From: Psammoneis japonica
Lineage: Eukaryota
DNA length: 64,000 nucleotides
Direction: 5' to 3'
Assembly: GCA_008632985.1 (NCBI GenBank)
Contig: QPGO01000155.1
Location: 1-64,000, forward strand
Under the pieces are notes generated by a model, which was not told where the DNA came from, searched no databases, and saw nothing but the letters and a program-made list of their open reading frames with translations. Every line of letters starts with the position of its first letter. Position 1 is the first letter of the stretch. The position numbers and the translations under genes were made by a program. Positions 62,290 to 64,000 of this stretch are shown here, piece after piece.

Positions 62290-64000
62290 CGCGGAGAGAA
62301 TCATCATGATCCTGCCCGCTGCCTGCAGCACCTCCATCAGCATCCTTCGGCAACTCCACATCAGTGAGAAGAAACGATTGTAAAAATGATCAAGAGAAAG
62401 TGGCACAAAGTTGTCTTTGAGGGGTTGCAAGCCAGTCATCATGCAAACTGTTCGGCGCTGCATTGGGTGTGAGTCCCTTGTGGTGTGTGTGTCCACTTTG
62501 GCACTGCAAGCCTCTTCATCAAAGCTGTTGCTGCTGGCTCTTTGAATTCAACCCAGCCATGATGGCAAGAGTCAAGCAAGTGCTGGCTGTTTGAACATCC
62601 AGAGACAAGGAGGTGGGTGGTCAAACTTGCTGACCCAACGTTGTCTTCAGTCTTGGGGCAAAGAGCTGGTGCCAAAAGAACACCCCCAATGGAACCTCAT
62701 TTTTGGCACGTGGTTGTCATTTGGCAATCATGTGAGGACTTTCTTCTTTCAAGCTGGCTCTGTCTGGAACCCCTCTTCTTCCAGGGCTTGAATCTCTGCC
62801 AACCACAAAGGCAACACAGCCCACTTTTTAGAGAATGGCAACATGGCGACACCACACCATTGGAGTCATCGACTGGTGCTGCAACAGCTTGTGCTTTCTT
62901 CTTCTTGGGTCATGCAATGACAATGTTCTCCTCATCATGGACATCAATGTTGGCATCATTGTCACATCCAAGCCGTGCACAAACAAGCAACAGCATTGCT
63001 TGGAGCTTCTTCCAATCCGCGCCAGCAAAAGCAGCCAGCTCAACAGCCAGTCATTGGCAGCACCAAAATGATTGCTCCTTTGTTCAGAGAATGTTGCTTT
63101 GCCCTTCTGACATTTAAAAAAATCAAGAGCAAGGCTGAAGAAAGACTCGTCAAACAGCCACTTCTTGAGCCATTTTGACAATGCTGAAGAGTGTGATTTT
63201 GCAATCCCCAGGGAGGCAAACAAAAGATTGAGAAGGAGGCGGAGTGATTGCATGCTCACAGGTGAAGACCAGTGGTGCCACTCTAATTTCTTCTTGTTTC
63301 TTGTCAAGCATCATTCTTGTGATCTCACTTGATTTAAATGTCTTGAGTTTTCCCAGACCCCAGATCAAAACCACCAACAGAGTGAGATGTTGCACTCACA
63401 GCTTTGAAAGGGTTGCACAATGGCTGCAGCAGTTTTTGCTTGTCTCTCAAAACTCTGAGAGCTGAAGTGGTGCCCTCATGTGCACCATGTGGACAATGCA
63501 CACACATGCCAAAACAATCACAAATGATGGAGCCCTCCTTCTTTGACAAAAATTTAGAAAAAGAAACCCCACACACCACACAGAGAAGGCAGAGCAACTC
63601 AAGCCAATGCATGAAGAAGCAACCCGACAATGCATCTGCACCTCCAGAACTTGCACAGCCCAGCATGCAAGCAGACAGAGGTGTTGTTCACTCCACACAA
63701 GACTTTGTCAGACTCAACAAGGCCAAGGGGGCTTGCTTTGCCACAGCTGCCTGTGGCTGCAACAGTTGACTGAGCCTGGGTGAGGGAGTGGCTGCAGCAG
63801 CTGCTGGGTTGGCAGAGGGGTTTACAAACCCAGCTCAACCCCTGAAGGTGCTAGAAGAACTCTGAAGTGCTCTTGGATTTGTCTGCCATGGTGCAATTGT
63901 GAGGTTGTTGCTGTGAGTTGCATGCATGTGTTGAGTGGAGCAAGAGCAAGCAGCACTGCCAAGCTGCTTCTGGCACTCTGTGGCTCAAGTTTGGCACTTG
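62290..64000. other. TpA- and CpG-poor domain running off the window end
   Basis: Same compositional signature, starting just after an AT/TA-rich stretch at 62080-62240. Confidence 0.75.

Noticed and set aside
1..64000. Hundreds of short Cys/His/Gln-rich ORFs in the ORF track
   Set aside because: They are explained by loss of TAA/TAG and TG/CA enrichment; they overlap in all frames and have no recognisable motifs.

Overview
This is eukaryotic nuclear DNA, most likely from a pennate diatom: genes are compact with short GT-AG introns, and there is a CoDi-like Ty1/copia element. The window alternates between two sharply bounded sequence states. Normal islands (~10.03-12.6, 26.95-32.3, 41.15-42.8, 44.4-54.95 and 57.6-62.25 kb) carry intact genes: a TPT-family transporter, an MgtE-like transporter, lipin/PAH, a Kir-like channel, PDE12/CCR4-like, an FN2-like membrane protein and a PD-(D/E)xK-like ORF. 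They also hold some ordinary pseudogenes (RpiA, NTT/TLC, urea transporter). The intervening domains (~1-10.0, 12.65-26.95, 32.3-41.1, 42.8-44.4, 54.96-57.6 and 62.3-64 kb) contain transposons and a beta-COP pseudogene, and TpA is almost absent from them. Three internal comparisons give the direction of change as TpA->TpG and TpA->CpA, that is A->G on both DNA strands: the LTR pair, a 1370-bp tandem duplication, and conserved Tyr codons turned into Cys/His (including RT YVDD->CVDD and HVDN). The main finding is a candidate repeat- or heterochromatin-targeted A-to-G hypermutation system, the mirror image of fungal RIP. All calls were made by eye, with no database searches.
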